Shown here: positions 1 to 8,723 of the stretch, piece by piece | How positions within the stretch are numbered: position 1 is the first letter of the stretch | Layout: the number at the start of each line of letters is the position of its first letter | NCBI RefSeq assembly: GCF_008000775.2 | Contig: NZ_CP042905.2 | Span: forward strand, 4,290,001 to 4,322,000 | DNA length: 32,000 nt | Reading direction: 5' to 3' | Source of the DNA: Promethearchaeum syntrophicum | GTDB taxonomy: Archaea > Asgardarchaeota > Lokiarchaeia > Sigyniarchaeales > Promethearchaeaceae | The notes under the pieces: model-generated | Told to the model about the DNA's origin: nothing | The model's database searches: none | Seen by the model: only the letters and a program-made list of their open reading frames with translations | Translations under genes and position numbers: made by a program

Positions 1-69
1 TAAATCTTTGAGGCATCTGAGAAAGATTTAGTTAATTATAAATACCTTAACTCTATACAATCTAATATA
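1..69. repeat. Direct repeat copy 1 of a stem-loop plus TATA-like block upstream of a small membrane-protein ORF
   Basis: TAAATCTTTGAGGCATCTGAGAAAGATTTAGTTAATTATAAAT... recurs at 320..388; the first 43 nt are identical. Contains the perfect 9-bp inverted repeat TAAATCTTT/AAAGATTTA. Confidence 0.9.
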
Positions 70-88
70 TCCTCTTCTGCTTAAACGA

Positions 89-322
89 GTGAAAAAGATG
101 AAATCAATAAATCTCAAAAGATTTGGATTTTGGGTGGGTTTAATATCAGCTTTGGTTATAATATTAGTCTTAATTCCTAAGATCGAGCGATATACATTAT
201 TTTTTCTTATTATACTTGCAATATTCGGTCTTGAAAAATTAGGGGAAAGAATATGTGTAAGGATAAAATTAACTGCAGAGCAAGTTACGAATGCCCATAT
301 AAATAATCGTTCTAATCATTAA
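89..322 (+). CDS. Small membrane protein (2 predicted TM segments), paralogue of the next ORF
   Basis: 77 aa, basic N-terminus (MKKMKSINLKRFG) then hydrophobic segments; similar size and layout to 408..665. Confidence 0.6.
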   Translation: MKKMKSINLKRFGFWVGLISALVIILVLIPKIERYTLFFLIILAIFGLEKLGERICVRIKLTAEQVTNAHINNRSNH

Positions 323-388
323 ATCTTTGAGGCATCTGAGAAAGATTTAGTTAATTATAAATTGCTTAACTCTATACAATTTAGTATA
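320..388. repeat. Direct repeat copy 2 of the stem-loop plus TATA-like block
   Basis: Matches 1..69 with a few mismatches near the 3' end; starts at the TAA stop of the upstream ORF. Confidence 0.9.
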
Positions 389-407
389 TTATCATCTGCG
401 ATCAAGA

Positions 408-665
408 GTGAAAAATGTGAAATCAAAAAGCATTGTAAAAATTGGAGTTTGGACAGTTTTAACTTCAGCTTTGGCTATCTCCTTATTTCTAATTCCTACC
501 CTCGCGGAATATATAATAGTTGTTCTCACTATACTCATTATATACGGTATTGCACAATTTACGGCCCAATTAAGGGTAAGAAAAGAGTTGTCCATAGATC
601 AATCTATAAATACCTCTTTACAGTGCTCTGTCCTTTTAGTAGTTTTACTTATATTAATTCTATAA
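408..665 (+). CDS. Small membrane protein, paralogue of 89..322
   Basis: 85 aa; MKNVKSKSIVKIGVWTVLTSALAISLFLIPTLAEY parallels MKKMKSINLKRFGFWVGLISALVIILVLIPKIERY. Confidence 0.6.
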   Translation: MKNVKSKSIVKIGVWTVLTSALAISLFLIPTLAEYIIVVLTILIIYGIAQFTAQLRVRKELSIDQSINTSLQCSVLLVVLLILIL

Positions 666-698
666 AATTAGGTTAAAAAAATAAAGGAAGAATATTGA

Positions 699-1322
699 TT
701 ATTCTCCGAGTTCATCAAATGGAATATGCATAGTTTCAACTGAATTCATTGTAATTGCCATAATATCCATGGCATTTCCGGCCATTGCATCTCTTTTTAT
801 TGCGTTTCTTACCACTTTTTTCATTAACTCAATGCCTTTTTTTACTGTCAGAGTTGGTTTATATTCTGCTTCCAAGATTGAAACTGCGAAGGTTGCTGAG
901 CTTCCACTCACACCGTAATCGTCTTCCATTAAAGAACCAATAGCATCCATGGTGTAGACTCTAGGGCCATTTTCATCTATCCCTGCAACTTCTACATTAA
1001 CATATAAAGGAGCCATCTTTCTTTGATACATATAATTTGCTACCATTTTAGCCATAGCTTGAACTGAAATTTTATAGCCTTCTCGTAATTCATAGATGTT
1101 AGCTTGTGCATTCATGATTCGGGCTAATGCTTGGAAGTCTCCAATTAGACCGTAGCACGATATCGCTATCTTCTTGTCTTTTGTAAGAGGAAATATCTTC
1201 TTCACGTTCTTGTTATTAACCGTATAACCCCAAGTTGACCTTGTGTCATTACCTAAAACCACTCCATCCTTACATCTTATTGCCACGCTACAAGCGCCCG
1301 GAACCCAAATTTGCTGCGACAT
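699..1322 (-). CDS. Proteasome beta-like subunit, probably catalytically inactive
   Basis: CSVAIRCKDGVVLGNDTRSTWGYTVNNKNVKKIF, ISCYGLIGDFQALARIMNAQANIYELR and RDAMAGNAMDIMAI match proteasome beta architecture; no alpha-type N-terminal helix. Confidence 0.88.
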   Translation of the reverse strand: MSQQIWVPGACSVAIRCKDGVVLGNDTRSTWGYTVNNKNVKKIFPLTKDKKIAISCYGLIGDFQALARIMNAQANIYELREGYKISVQAMAKMVANYMYQRKMAPLYVNVEVAGIDENGPRVYTMDAIGSLMEDDYGVSGSSATFAVSILEAEYKPTLTVKKGIELMKKVVRNAIKRDAMAGNAMDIMAITMNSVETMHIPFDELGE

Positions 1323-1398
1323 AATCTTCAGTTTTTATAGTTTTCTATAGTTTTCTAATAGTTTCGCAATTTAAATTTTTTCTTGTTTATTTTTATTA

Positions 1399-1419
1399 GT
1401 AAATAACAAAATTATTTAC
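1399..1419. promoter_or_regulatory. Inverted repeat GTAAATAA-caaaa-TTATTTAC in a divergent intergenic region
   Basis: Perfect 8-bp arms with a 5-nt spacer between the divergent 699..1322(-) and 1442..2227(+) genes. Confidence 0.5.
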
Positions 1420-1441
1420 GGAGTTCTACAAAAATTCAATC

Positions 1442-2227
1442 ATGAGAACTAATATTTCACAATTTGAGAGTGTTGGGTATGAGTATGCAAATAAGCTCAA
1501 AAAGACTCTCAAAATAAAAAATGTGGATGATTTTGTTAAATACCCTATTGAATTTATCCATGAAAAATCGGGTATTGAAATTAAGCGCCTAGAACAATTT
1601 TCTGATTTATTTGATCTATTTAGAGTACCAAATCTATCCGCTCGGGAAACCGAATTGTTGTATAACGCTAATATTAATTCAGTTACGGAACTTTCTCATC
1701 GCCAAGCTATAAGAATTTATTACAAATTAAAAAACATTGATGAGGAAACATATTTTATCATTTTGCAGTTACCTACGTTTGCCAAAATTGACGAATGGAT
1801 TTATTTTGCAAAAATGTTAACAAAACGAATAAAAATCGGGCTGAATATTCCGATTATCTTATTCCCAATGGTTTCAATAAGATCAGCCAGCGAATTAAAA
1901 AATTTTAAGATTTTCACAGCAAACGATTTTATTACTAAAGAACCAAATATCCCAAAAATATGGCGTATGGTTGATATGAAAAGAAGAGATTATAAAAAAC
2001 TCAAGCGAATGATAAATTTCGTAAAAATCCCTGGAGTGGATATATATTTTGCGAAAATATTCCAGGAGGCTAAAATAAAGGATGTAATTGAATTTAAAGA
2101 ATTAGAAGCGGATGCGATTTTAGAGATGGTAAAACTTATTCAAGATCAGGAAGTCTCTTGCATTGAAAAGATAGATATTGAATTCATCAAAGAAATTCAA
2201 AAAAAAATTATGGAGGAGGAATTTTAA
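1442..2227 (+). CDS. DUF4332-like helical (helix-hairpin-helix type) protein
   Basis: 261 aa; repeated modules such as VPNLSARETELLYNANINSVTELSHRQAIRIYYKL and IPGVDIYFAKIFQEAKIKDVIEFKEL resemble DUF4332/HhH repeats. Confidence 0.5.
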   Translation: MRTNISQFESVGYEYANKLKKTLKIKNVDDFVKYPIEFIHEKSGIEIKRLEQFSDLFDLFRVPNLSARETELLYNANINSVTELSHRQAIRIYYKLKNIDEETYFIILQLPTFAKIDEWIYFAKMLTKRIKIGLNIPIILFPMVSIRSASELKNFKIFTANDFITKEPNIPKIWRMVDMKRRDYKKLKRMINFVKIPGVDIYFAKIFQEAKIKDVIEFKELEADAILEMVKLIQDQEVSCIEKIDIEFIKEIQKKIMEEEF

Positions 2228-5200
2228 ATGGCATTAATCGATAATTTGATAATAATTCTCTATAGTGTTGTGGGATTAAGCACATTTTTATTTGGATTCT
2301 CATTAGTTTTTAAAAATCTGAGAAAAATTAATCGAATCGAAAGAGAGAAATTTGATTTAGGTGATTGGCTTGCATCGATCGGTTTTGGTGTAATGTTTAC
2401 TCTCGCAATTTTATTTGCATTAAATCTTTCAATAGAATCTTTTATTATAACAGAGGATCCACTCCCTTCAATTGCTGGATTTTTATTAGTAATTATGATC
2501 GGAATACTCCTTATCTATCCACTATGGGAAGTGATATTTTTAGGAAGGCCTACAGCAGATAGTGTTCACGATTTTCATAAATTTCTGGAATCGAGAATAT
2601 TAGATAGATTTAAGGGTAAAATGGCATATTTAGTTTCTTTCGGAATATTTATTGTGATTTACATAATTCCTGTTATTGTTTTCACTCTTCTATTAGATTA
2701 TTCTTTTATAGAAATCCTTTTTGTATGGTTCTTATTATTCCCTCTATTCTTTTTAAACTATTTTGCAGCAAATGGAATTGTATCTGCAATTTTACAGACA
2801 AGTTTTAGAAAAACCATCTCATCGGACATAATAGAAGCGAGTAATACTGGTAAAAATACGAAAAAGATGATCATAAATGTATTTGTTATGATGATAACTT
2901 GGCTTCCTTTTCTTCTCAATGCTTATAATATAGCTAATCCCATCATAAGGGCAATTAATGGGTATGAATTACTTGAAAAAGATCCAATTATGGGTATAAT
3001 TTCATTAGTTACAACCGTTCCTCTAGGAATTAAGGGTTTCTTCAACAAATTCTGGAATAAAAAATCAAAAACAAAGACAATTGATTTCTTATTCAGTGGT
3101 TATATTTTTATTGCAATTGGAATTAACATGTTGATAAATTTCTTCCAAATCAATGAAGGATTAGTTGTTTCAGTTTTTAGCCAAGTAGGATTTCTCTCTT
3201 CACTTAGTGCAATTTTCTCAGATTATACCCTACTTGTTCCAATTATTGTGATTCAAAGTTTAATTACACTTGTTTATGGATTGATTATCTTTTTCCAAAA
3301 AAATTCAGATTTTCACTCTGATATTCGATTAAGGGCAACTTCAATCGCATTTGGAATTAAAGATCTTGATGATTTAATCAAAAAGGATGATCCGGGGGCA
3401 AAGAAAAAGAGGAAAGAAAAAGAAAGAAAGTATGATTATTTAACTTTATATAAATCTCTTTTACTTCCACCAGTTTTCTCAAAATATGGAGTCGATCTTA
3501 ACGAACAGGTTAGATTAAAAGCGCGACAGTATCTTCTCCTAATAAGTATTAATAGTACAGAACACGCTCAAAAAATTGTTGATTTTGTTTTTGAGACTTC
3601 AATCGATCCTAAATCTTCAGTGAAATTCAAATATTCCAAATACTCAGTAAAGGAAGCTATTAATTTGTTGGGGGATATCGGAAAGAAATATCCTGAATTT
3701 GTGATGACTCGAATGATTGAAGCACTACCCGAATCCGATATTCAGATTCAGAGGTATATTTTAGATGCCTTAGGAGATATAGGTGAAAAAAAGGAGAATT
3801 TAATTGTAATATTAGATGAAATAGAACCATTATTGGAAAGCACACGCTATGAATTAAGAACGGCTGCATTTCAAGCAATTTCAGAGATGGTTATGGAAGG
3901 ATCCAATGATGACAAGGAATTTATTCAGATAGCACTGAAGAAAGTTTACGAAATTTTATCTGAATGTTATAAAAATCCAGATATAATCGATACTGCAATG
4001 GAATCTTTAGTGCAAATGAGTGCAAGAATTGCGAATGATTTAGATATATCTAAAATAATTCCGTTCATTCATTATTCTGAAGGCAAAGATAAAGACACCA
4101 ATGATTATATTATACAAAATGCGATTATTGTTCTGGGTTATATGGTATATTATAATATTGATACGTTTCCGTTAGAAGATATTAAAAATTACCTTAAGGA
4201 TAAAAGGAATTTTATTAGATATGTTGCATGTGATGCTATCGGCAATTTTATTTTAAAATGTCCTGATAACTTCAAAGAATCTCTATTAGTAAATTTGATG
4301 ATTATATCTCTTTATGATGATGACGATGATGTATGTGAGATGTGCACTGAGAGTATTACAGAATTTTTAGTTTTGAATAAAAATTATGAACCGATAATTG
4401 ATGGTCAGAAAATCTCTGTTTTAAATTATTATTTAAAGGCCCTATCGAGTTCAGAACGAAAAATTGCAGAAAAAGCTAGCGAAGCCTTAAAATCAATCAG
4501 TCCACTTTATGAGGAAAATATTTATCCCCAATTAGAAGAAATCATCAAAAAACAAGAAAACTTGGAATTAGTTAGGGATAGTTTACATGTAATTGCGCTA
4601 TCTGGTATTGAGGAGCACCTTAGTGTTGATTTAAACTTGATATATGGATTAACTGAACATACTGATGCAAGTGTGCGTTCAGAAGCAGTCTATACATTAG
4701 GGTTACTCTCAAAAAATAGGACTGATATAGATGAAAACTATATTATAAAACTAATCGATGATCCCGATCCCCAAGTAAGAAGTCAAACAATTTTTGCATT
4801 GGGAAAAATAGGTATAAATAAACCTGATAAAGTAATTCCGATATTGATTCAGGGATTCTTTGAAATCGATAGGCAATCAGATGATAAAATAAACGAAGTT
4901 GAATTATTTGCTGAAAGTTTAGGATTAATTGGAGCTGAGCACCCATCAAATGAGATTATTGTTTCTCTTCAAAGTGGATTGATGGGGGACTCGAACCCTT
5001 TCACTAAAGATGTTATGGCTCATGCATTAGGAGCAATTGGACACGGTATGATCCGCTCGGGAAATGCAACGCGGAGAATAGAAAATGAAGCATTTTACAA
5101 TAGTGTTAGTTGGTTACGAAGTCAAAGCAAAAAAGAATATACTATCGGAAATCTAGTTATTATTTTCATTGAAGCATTGCAATTAAAATCCATTCCAAAT

Positions 5201-5758
5201 TCAGTCATGGATGAAATATCAGATTCAGTTCAAGATCTTTTACCTGTCTTCTTATTTGTTGACGAAGATGAAAGAAAAAAGAACAGAATCTTAACAACCA
5301 TTAAAGAATTACTTGCTCAAGCATATTATAGTAATTACAATAATGAAATTCTCGAAAATATAGATAGAATAGATAGTTTAATAAGCTTTAAACGTAGTTT
5401 CGAGACAGACTTAACATCTCTTCAGGAACAGTTCATTTTCTTTAGTAAACAGTACACAAGTGACGGAAAACAGTTTTATGACCAAGGTAATGTCTTTTTG
5501 CAATTAGTTAAGAAAGAGGAACCTGAATTCTATGATTATGCTCTTCGTTCTTTTGAAGTCGCGATCGATTTAGCTCCATTTGAATTTTTTACACCTAATT
5601 GTTTATTGCAAATGGCAATTATTTTGGAGCATAAAGGGGAACATTTGGAAGCGAAGAAGAAATATGAAGAAGCTTTAGAAATTTTCAGCAGTTTAGATGA
5701 AATTGAAAAAATGAAAGAATGTGAACAAGCACTTACTTCTATTCAGCAACATCTTTAA
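2228..5758 (+). CDS. Large membrane protein: N-terminal multi-TM domain, long HEAT-repeat region, C-terminal TPR-like region
   Basis: 1176 aa. Hydrophobic segments in the first ~360 aa. HEAT-type repeats (VRSEAVYTLGLLSKNRTDIDENYIIKLIDDPDPQVRSQTIFALGKIGI). C-terminal CLLQMAIILEHKGEHLEAKKKYEEALEIF resembles TPR. Confidence 0.75.
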   Translation: MALIDNLIIILYSVVGLSTFLFGFSLVFKNLRKINRIEREKFDLGDWLASIGFGVMFTLAILFALNLSIESFIITEDPLPSIAGFLLVIMIGILLIYPLWEVIFLGRPTADSVHDFHKFLESRILDRFKGKMAYLVSFGIFIVIYIIPVIVFTLLLDYSFIEILFVWFLLFPLFFLNYFAANGIVSAILQTSFRKTISSDIIEASNTGKNTKKMIINVFVMMITWLPFLLNAYNIANPIIRAINGYELLEKDPIMGIISLVTTVPLGIKGFFNKFWNKKSKTKTIDFLFSGYIFIAIGINMLINFFQINEGLVVSVFSQVGFLSSLSAIFSDYTLLVPIIVIQSLITLVYGLIIFFQKNSDFHSDIRLRATSIAFGIKDLDDLIKKDDPGAKKKRKEKERKYDYLTLYKSLLLPPVFSKYGVDLNEQVRLKARQYLLLISINSTEHAQKIVDFVFETSIDPKSSVKFKYSKYSVKEAINLLGDIGKKYPEFVMTRMIEALPESDIQIQRYILDALGDIGEKKENLIVILDEIEPLLESTRYELRTAAFQAISEMVMEGSNDDKEFIQIALKKVYEILSECYKNPDIIDTAMESLVQMSARIANDLDISKIIPFIHYSEGKDKDTNDYIIQNAIIVLGYMVYYNIDTFPLEDIKNYLKDKRNFIRYVACDAIGNFILKCPDNFKESLLVNLMIISLYDDDDDVCEMCTESITEFLVLNKNYEPIIDGQKISVLNYYLKALSSSERKIAEKASEALKSISPLYEENIYPQLEEIIKKQENLELVRDSLHVIALSGIEEHLSVDLNLIYGLTEHTDASVRSEAVYTLGLLSKNRTDIDENYIIKLIDDPDPQVRSQTIFALGKIGINKPDKVIPILIQGFFEIDRQSDDKINEVELFAESLGLIGAEHPSNEIIVSLQSGLMGDSNPFTKDVMAHALGAIGHGMIRSGNATRRIENEAFYNSVSWLRSQSKKEYTIGNLVIIFIEALQLKSIPNSVMDEISDSVQDLLPVFLFVDEDERKKNRILTTIKELLAQAYYSNYNNEILENIDRIDSLISFKRSFETDLTSLQEQFIFFSKQYTSDGKQFYDQGNVFLQLVKKEEPEFYDYALRSFEVAIDLAPFEFFTPNCLLQMAIILEHKGEHLEAKKKYEEALEIFSSLDEIEKMKECEQALTSIQQHL

Positions 5759-5781
5759 GAATAGAAGTGTTTATTTTTTTT

Positions 5782-7323
5782 ATGGAATTACCCAGATCTG
5801 CGGGTATATTATTGCACCCAACCAGCGTTTATACTCGTTATGGGATTGGTGATTTAGGTCCAGATACTTTTCAATTTATTGAATTTTTAAAAGCTAGTTC
5901 ACAACATTTTATGCAAGTATTACCAATTGGACCAACTGGCTATGCAGACTCTCCTTATCAAACCATATCAGCATTTGCGGGAAATCCTCTTTTAATTAGT
6001 CCAGATGGATTAATTCAAATGGAACTTATCACCTTGGAAGAAGTGGATCAATGCCTAAAGGAAATTAAAATACATGATGAACCTTCTAAGAATTTAAAAG
6101 TGAATTATCAAAATGTAATTGATCTTAAAGAGAAAATCTTAAAAATTGCTTTTAAAACATTTTTACAAAAGCAATTTCAACAGAATTCAAAATTAAATGA
6201 TTCTTTTGTTAAATTTTGCGAAGAACAAGCATATTGGTTGGATGATTTTGTACTTTTTTATTCTCTTAAGGTAGCAAATAATTTACAATCGTGGATAACC
6301 TGGCCAAAAAATTTTGCCTTGAGGCACAAAAATGCTTTAAAAGTATGGATTGCAGGTCATTCGAGAGAATTAAAACTATATAAATTTATACAATGGATAT
6401 TTTCAATCCAATGGACTAATTTACGAGATTTTGCTCATAAAAATAATGTTGAAATTATTGGTGACATGCCAATATTTGTTGCCCATGATTCTGTTGATGT
6501 TTGGGCAAATTCTGATTTATTCACATTAAATCCAGATGGAACTTTAGAATATCAAGCAGGAGTCCCCCCGGATTATTTTTCAAAAACAGGTCAGTTATGG
6601 GGCAATCCGTTATATAAATGGGAGATTCTACAAGAGAGAAATTTCAAATGGTTTATTCAAAGATTTAAAAGACAAATAGAATTATTTGATTGGATACGCG
6701 TTGACCATTTTCGCGGTTTTCAAGCATTTTGGAGAATTTCTGGAACCGCCAAGGATGCAATTGATGGAAAATGGATAAAAGCTCCTGGGGAAGATTTATT
6801 TATTGAGGTCCAAAAACAGCTTGGTATCCTGCCAATAATTGCTGAAGATTTAGGAGTAATAACATCTGAAGTAGAAGCATTACGAGATAAATTTAACTTT
6901 CCCGGAATGAAAATACTCCAATTTGCCTTTGGGAGTGATGAAGAAAATCCATATTTACCACATAACTTTGTTCATAATTGTATATCGTACACAGGAACTC
7001 ATGATAACAATACTACATTAGGGTGGTGGCAAAATGATGCAACTAAAACTGAAAAGAAGAATTTAAGAGAATATTTAAACACGAAATCAGAGAATAAAAG
7101 TGTAGTAGATGATTTAATTAGGATTCTTTATCGATCAATTGCAAAAGTGGCAATAATTCCAATCCAAGATCTTTTAGGCCAAGGCGAAGAAGCTAGAATG
7201 AATACTCCAAGTGTTGAAGGTGGAAATTGGCAATATCAAGTAAAAATTGATAATGATGTTAAAAATCGCGCAAAATTTCTGAAGAAAATAACAAAACTAT
7301 ACGGAAGAAAAGTGATTATATAA
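5782..7323 (+). CDS. malQ: 4-alpha-glucanotransferase (GH77)
   Basis: RSAGILLHPTSVYTRYGIGDLGP, QVLPIGPTGYADSPYQTISAFAGNPLLIS, GDMPIFVAHDSVDVW, DWIRVDHFRGFQAFW, IAEDLGVIT and YTGTHDNNTTLGWW are GH77 motifs. ORF opens at 5767; Met at 5782 is the preferred start. Confidence 0.95.
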   Translation: MELPRSAGILLHPTSVYTRYGIGDLGPDTFQFIEFLKASSQHFMQVLPIGPTGYADSPYQTISAFAGNPLLISPDGLIQMELITLEEVDQCLKEIKIHDEPSKNLKVNYQNVIDLKEKILKIAFKTFLQKQFQQNSKLNDSFVKFCEEQAYWLDDFVLFYSLKVANNLQSWITWPKNFALRHKNALKVWIAGHSRELKLYKFIQWIFSIQWTNLRDFAHKNNVEIIGDMPIFVAHDSVDVWANSDLFTLNPDGTLEYQAGVPPDYFSKTGQLWGNPLYKWEILQERNFKWFIQRFKRQIELFDWIRVDHFRGFQAFWRISGTAKDAIDGKWIKAPGEDLFIEVQKQLGILPIIAEDLGVITSEVEALRDKFNFPGMKILQFAFGSDEENPYLPHNFVHNCISYTGTHDNNTTLGWWQNDATKTEKKNLREYLNTKSENKSVVDDLIRILYRSIAKVAIIPIQDLLGQGEEARMNTPSVEGGNWQYQVKIDNDVKNRAKFLKKITKLYGRKVII

Positions 7324-7423
7324 AATCTCTTCCCCCTAAGACATTAATTCAGTTATACTCCATTTTTTATTTACCATATTTTTAAATATATCAATTAAAT
7401 AAAGAGGATAGGAGAAGGAGTAT

Positions 7424-8689
7424 TTGAACGATCAAGACCCGAAATTGCGGACAAAAATCAATTCTGAGCAAAATATATCAAATAAAGAAGAATTTCCTTC
7501 AGAATTAAGACAAGAAAAAGTGAACCATTTTTCCGCTTCTATAGATAATTCTAATCAAGAATTCTCAAGAAATTTTATTGTTCCTTTAAACGGTAAAGAT
7601 AATCAAATAAAAAATGTTCAAGATTTCTTTTCACAATATGGAGAAATCAAAAATCTATTACAATTTAATTTAGATAAAATAGAAAAGCACAATGAAAGAA
7701 ATGGTGAAAAATTGGAAATTTATGATAACTTAGGGAAAATATCAGGAAAAATTCTTATAAAAACACCGAGAAATCATGAAATTCAATTATTTCTTCAACA
7801 ATTCTCATCTACAAATTATTGTAAATTATATAAAATTAATATATATAGACTTCTTGAGAAAATTAATAGAAATATTATTTCTTTGAAAGAAGAATTGATT
7901 AGATTTTTTATATTAAAAGATTTTCCTGAACCTTTTATTATTTTATTTCCTCTGGATGAGCTAGAATATTTCTCTCAAGAAGAAATCGTTCTCTTGTATT
8001 CAATATTTAAAATCACAGATAATTTTGCACCGATTTCATTAGGGGGATTATTTTTATTCGTCTCTTCACTAAAGCAAAATTTGCCACATGAGTTTAACAA
8101 TTTCTTTGATTTAGAAGTTAATGTAAAAATACCAGATATACAGAGCAAAAAGCGCTTAATAGAATCAATTTTAAAGAATATTCCGAATAATAATGTTGAT
8201 ATCGATCATTTTTCATTACAAGTAAAGGATTGGAATGTAGCATCAATTAGAAAATTCATTATTTTTGCTTATAGATACTTTCAAATTAATCAAAAAGATG
8301 ATTTAACAAGTAAAATGAAGTTTAATACCAAATTTCTTAGCGATTTAATTGAAAATAATTCAATAAATTTCAGAAACGATATTTCTTTAGATAAAAAAAA
8401 CGCAATACAGATTAATAATACAATAAATTCTCAACCTAAATTATTAGATTCAGGTAAAAAATTAAACCAAAACTTAGAAAACCAATTATATCAAGAATCT
8501 GCTTCAAAAAATTATGAGGATTTATGCATAATATTAGATAAAATTCAAAAAGGGATTGTTCTTTTGCCATTTGAAAGGCAAACACTAGCAGATAATTCCT
8601 TTATTCTAAAAGAAGACCCACAAAAAGCCTTGCAAAAACTAAATAAAGCAAAATCTACCGTTGATAAGTTTAAAAAGATTATTTCTTAA
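7424..8689 (+). CDS. AAA+-like protein with degenerate nucleotide-binding motifs
   Basis: TTG start preceded by GGAGAAGGAG. KILIKTPRNHEIQLFLQQFSS, PFIILFPLDELEYFSQ and FFDLEVNVKIPDIQSKKRLIESIL follow the order of AAA+ Walker A / Walker B / post-arginine-finger segments, but GxxGxGKT is absent. Confidence 0.5.
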   Translation: MNDQDPKLRTKINSEQNISNKEEFPSELRQEKVNHFSASIDNSNQEFSRNFIVPLNGKDNQIKNVQDFFSQYGEIKNLLQFNLDKIEKHNERNGEKLEIYDNLGKISGKILIKTPRNHEIQLFLQQFSSTNYCKLYKINIYRLLEKINRNIISLKEELIRFFILKDFPEPFIILFPLDELEYFSQEEIVLLYSIFKITDNFAPISLGGLFLFVSSLKQNLPHEFNNFFDLEVNVKIPDIQSKKRLIESILKNIPNNNVDIDHFSLQVKDWNVASIRKFIIFAYRYFQINQKDDLTSKMKFNTKFLSDLIENNSINFRNDISLDKKNAIQINNTINSQPKLLDSGKKLNQNLENQLYQESASKNYEDLCIILDKIQKGIVLLPFERQTLADNSFILKEDPQKALQKLNKAKSTVDKFKKIIS

Positions 8690-8723
8690 ATTATTAATTT
8701 AACACAATTTTAAAGTGAATACT

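Noticed and set aside
362-676. 104-aa + strand ORF
   Set aside because: Overlaps the better-supported 85-aa paralogue at 408..665 in another frame; Cys/Ser/Tyr-rich composition typical of an out-of-frame read.
699-1322. Possibility that the proteasome-family gene is an alpha subunit
   Set aside because: Lacks the N-terminal alpha-type YDRAxTxFSPxGRLxQVEYA segment and starts directly at strand S1 after nine residues, as beta subunits do.
2365-5000. Short ORFs 2365..2562(+), 3660..3878(-), 4743..4949(-)
   Set aside because: Fully nested inside the 1176-aa HEAT/TM gene, in other frames or strands, with no recognisable motifs.
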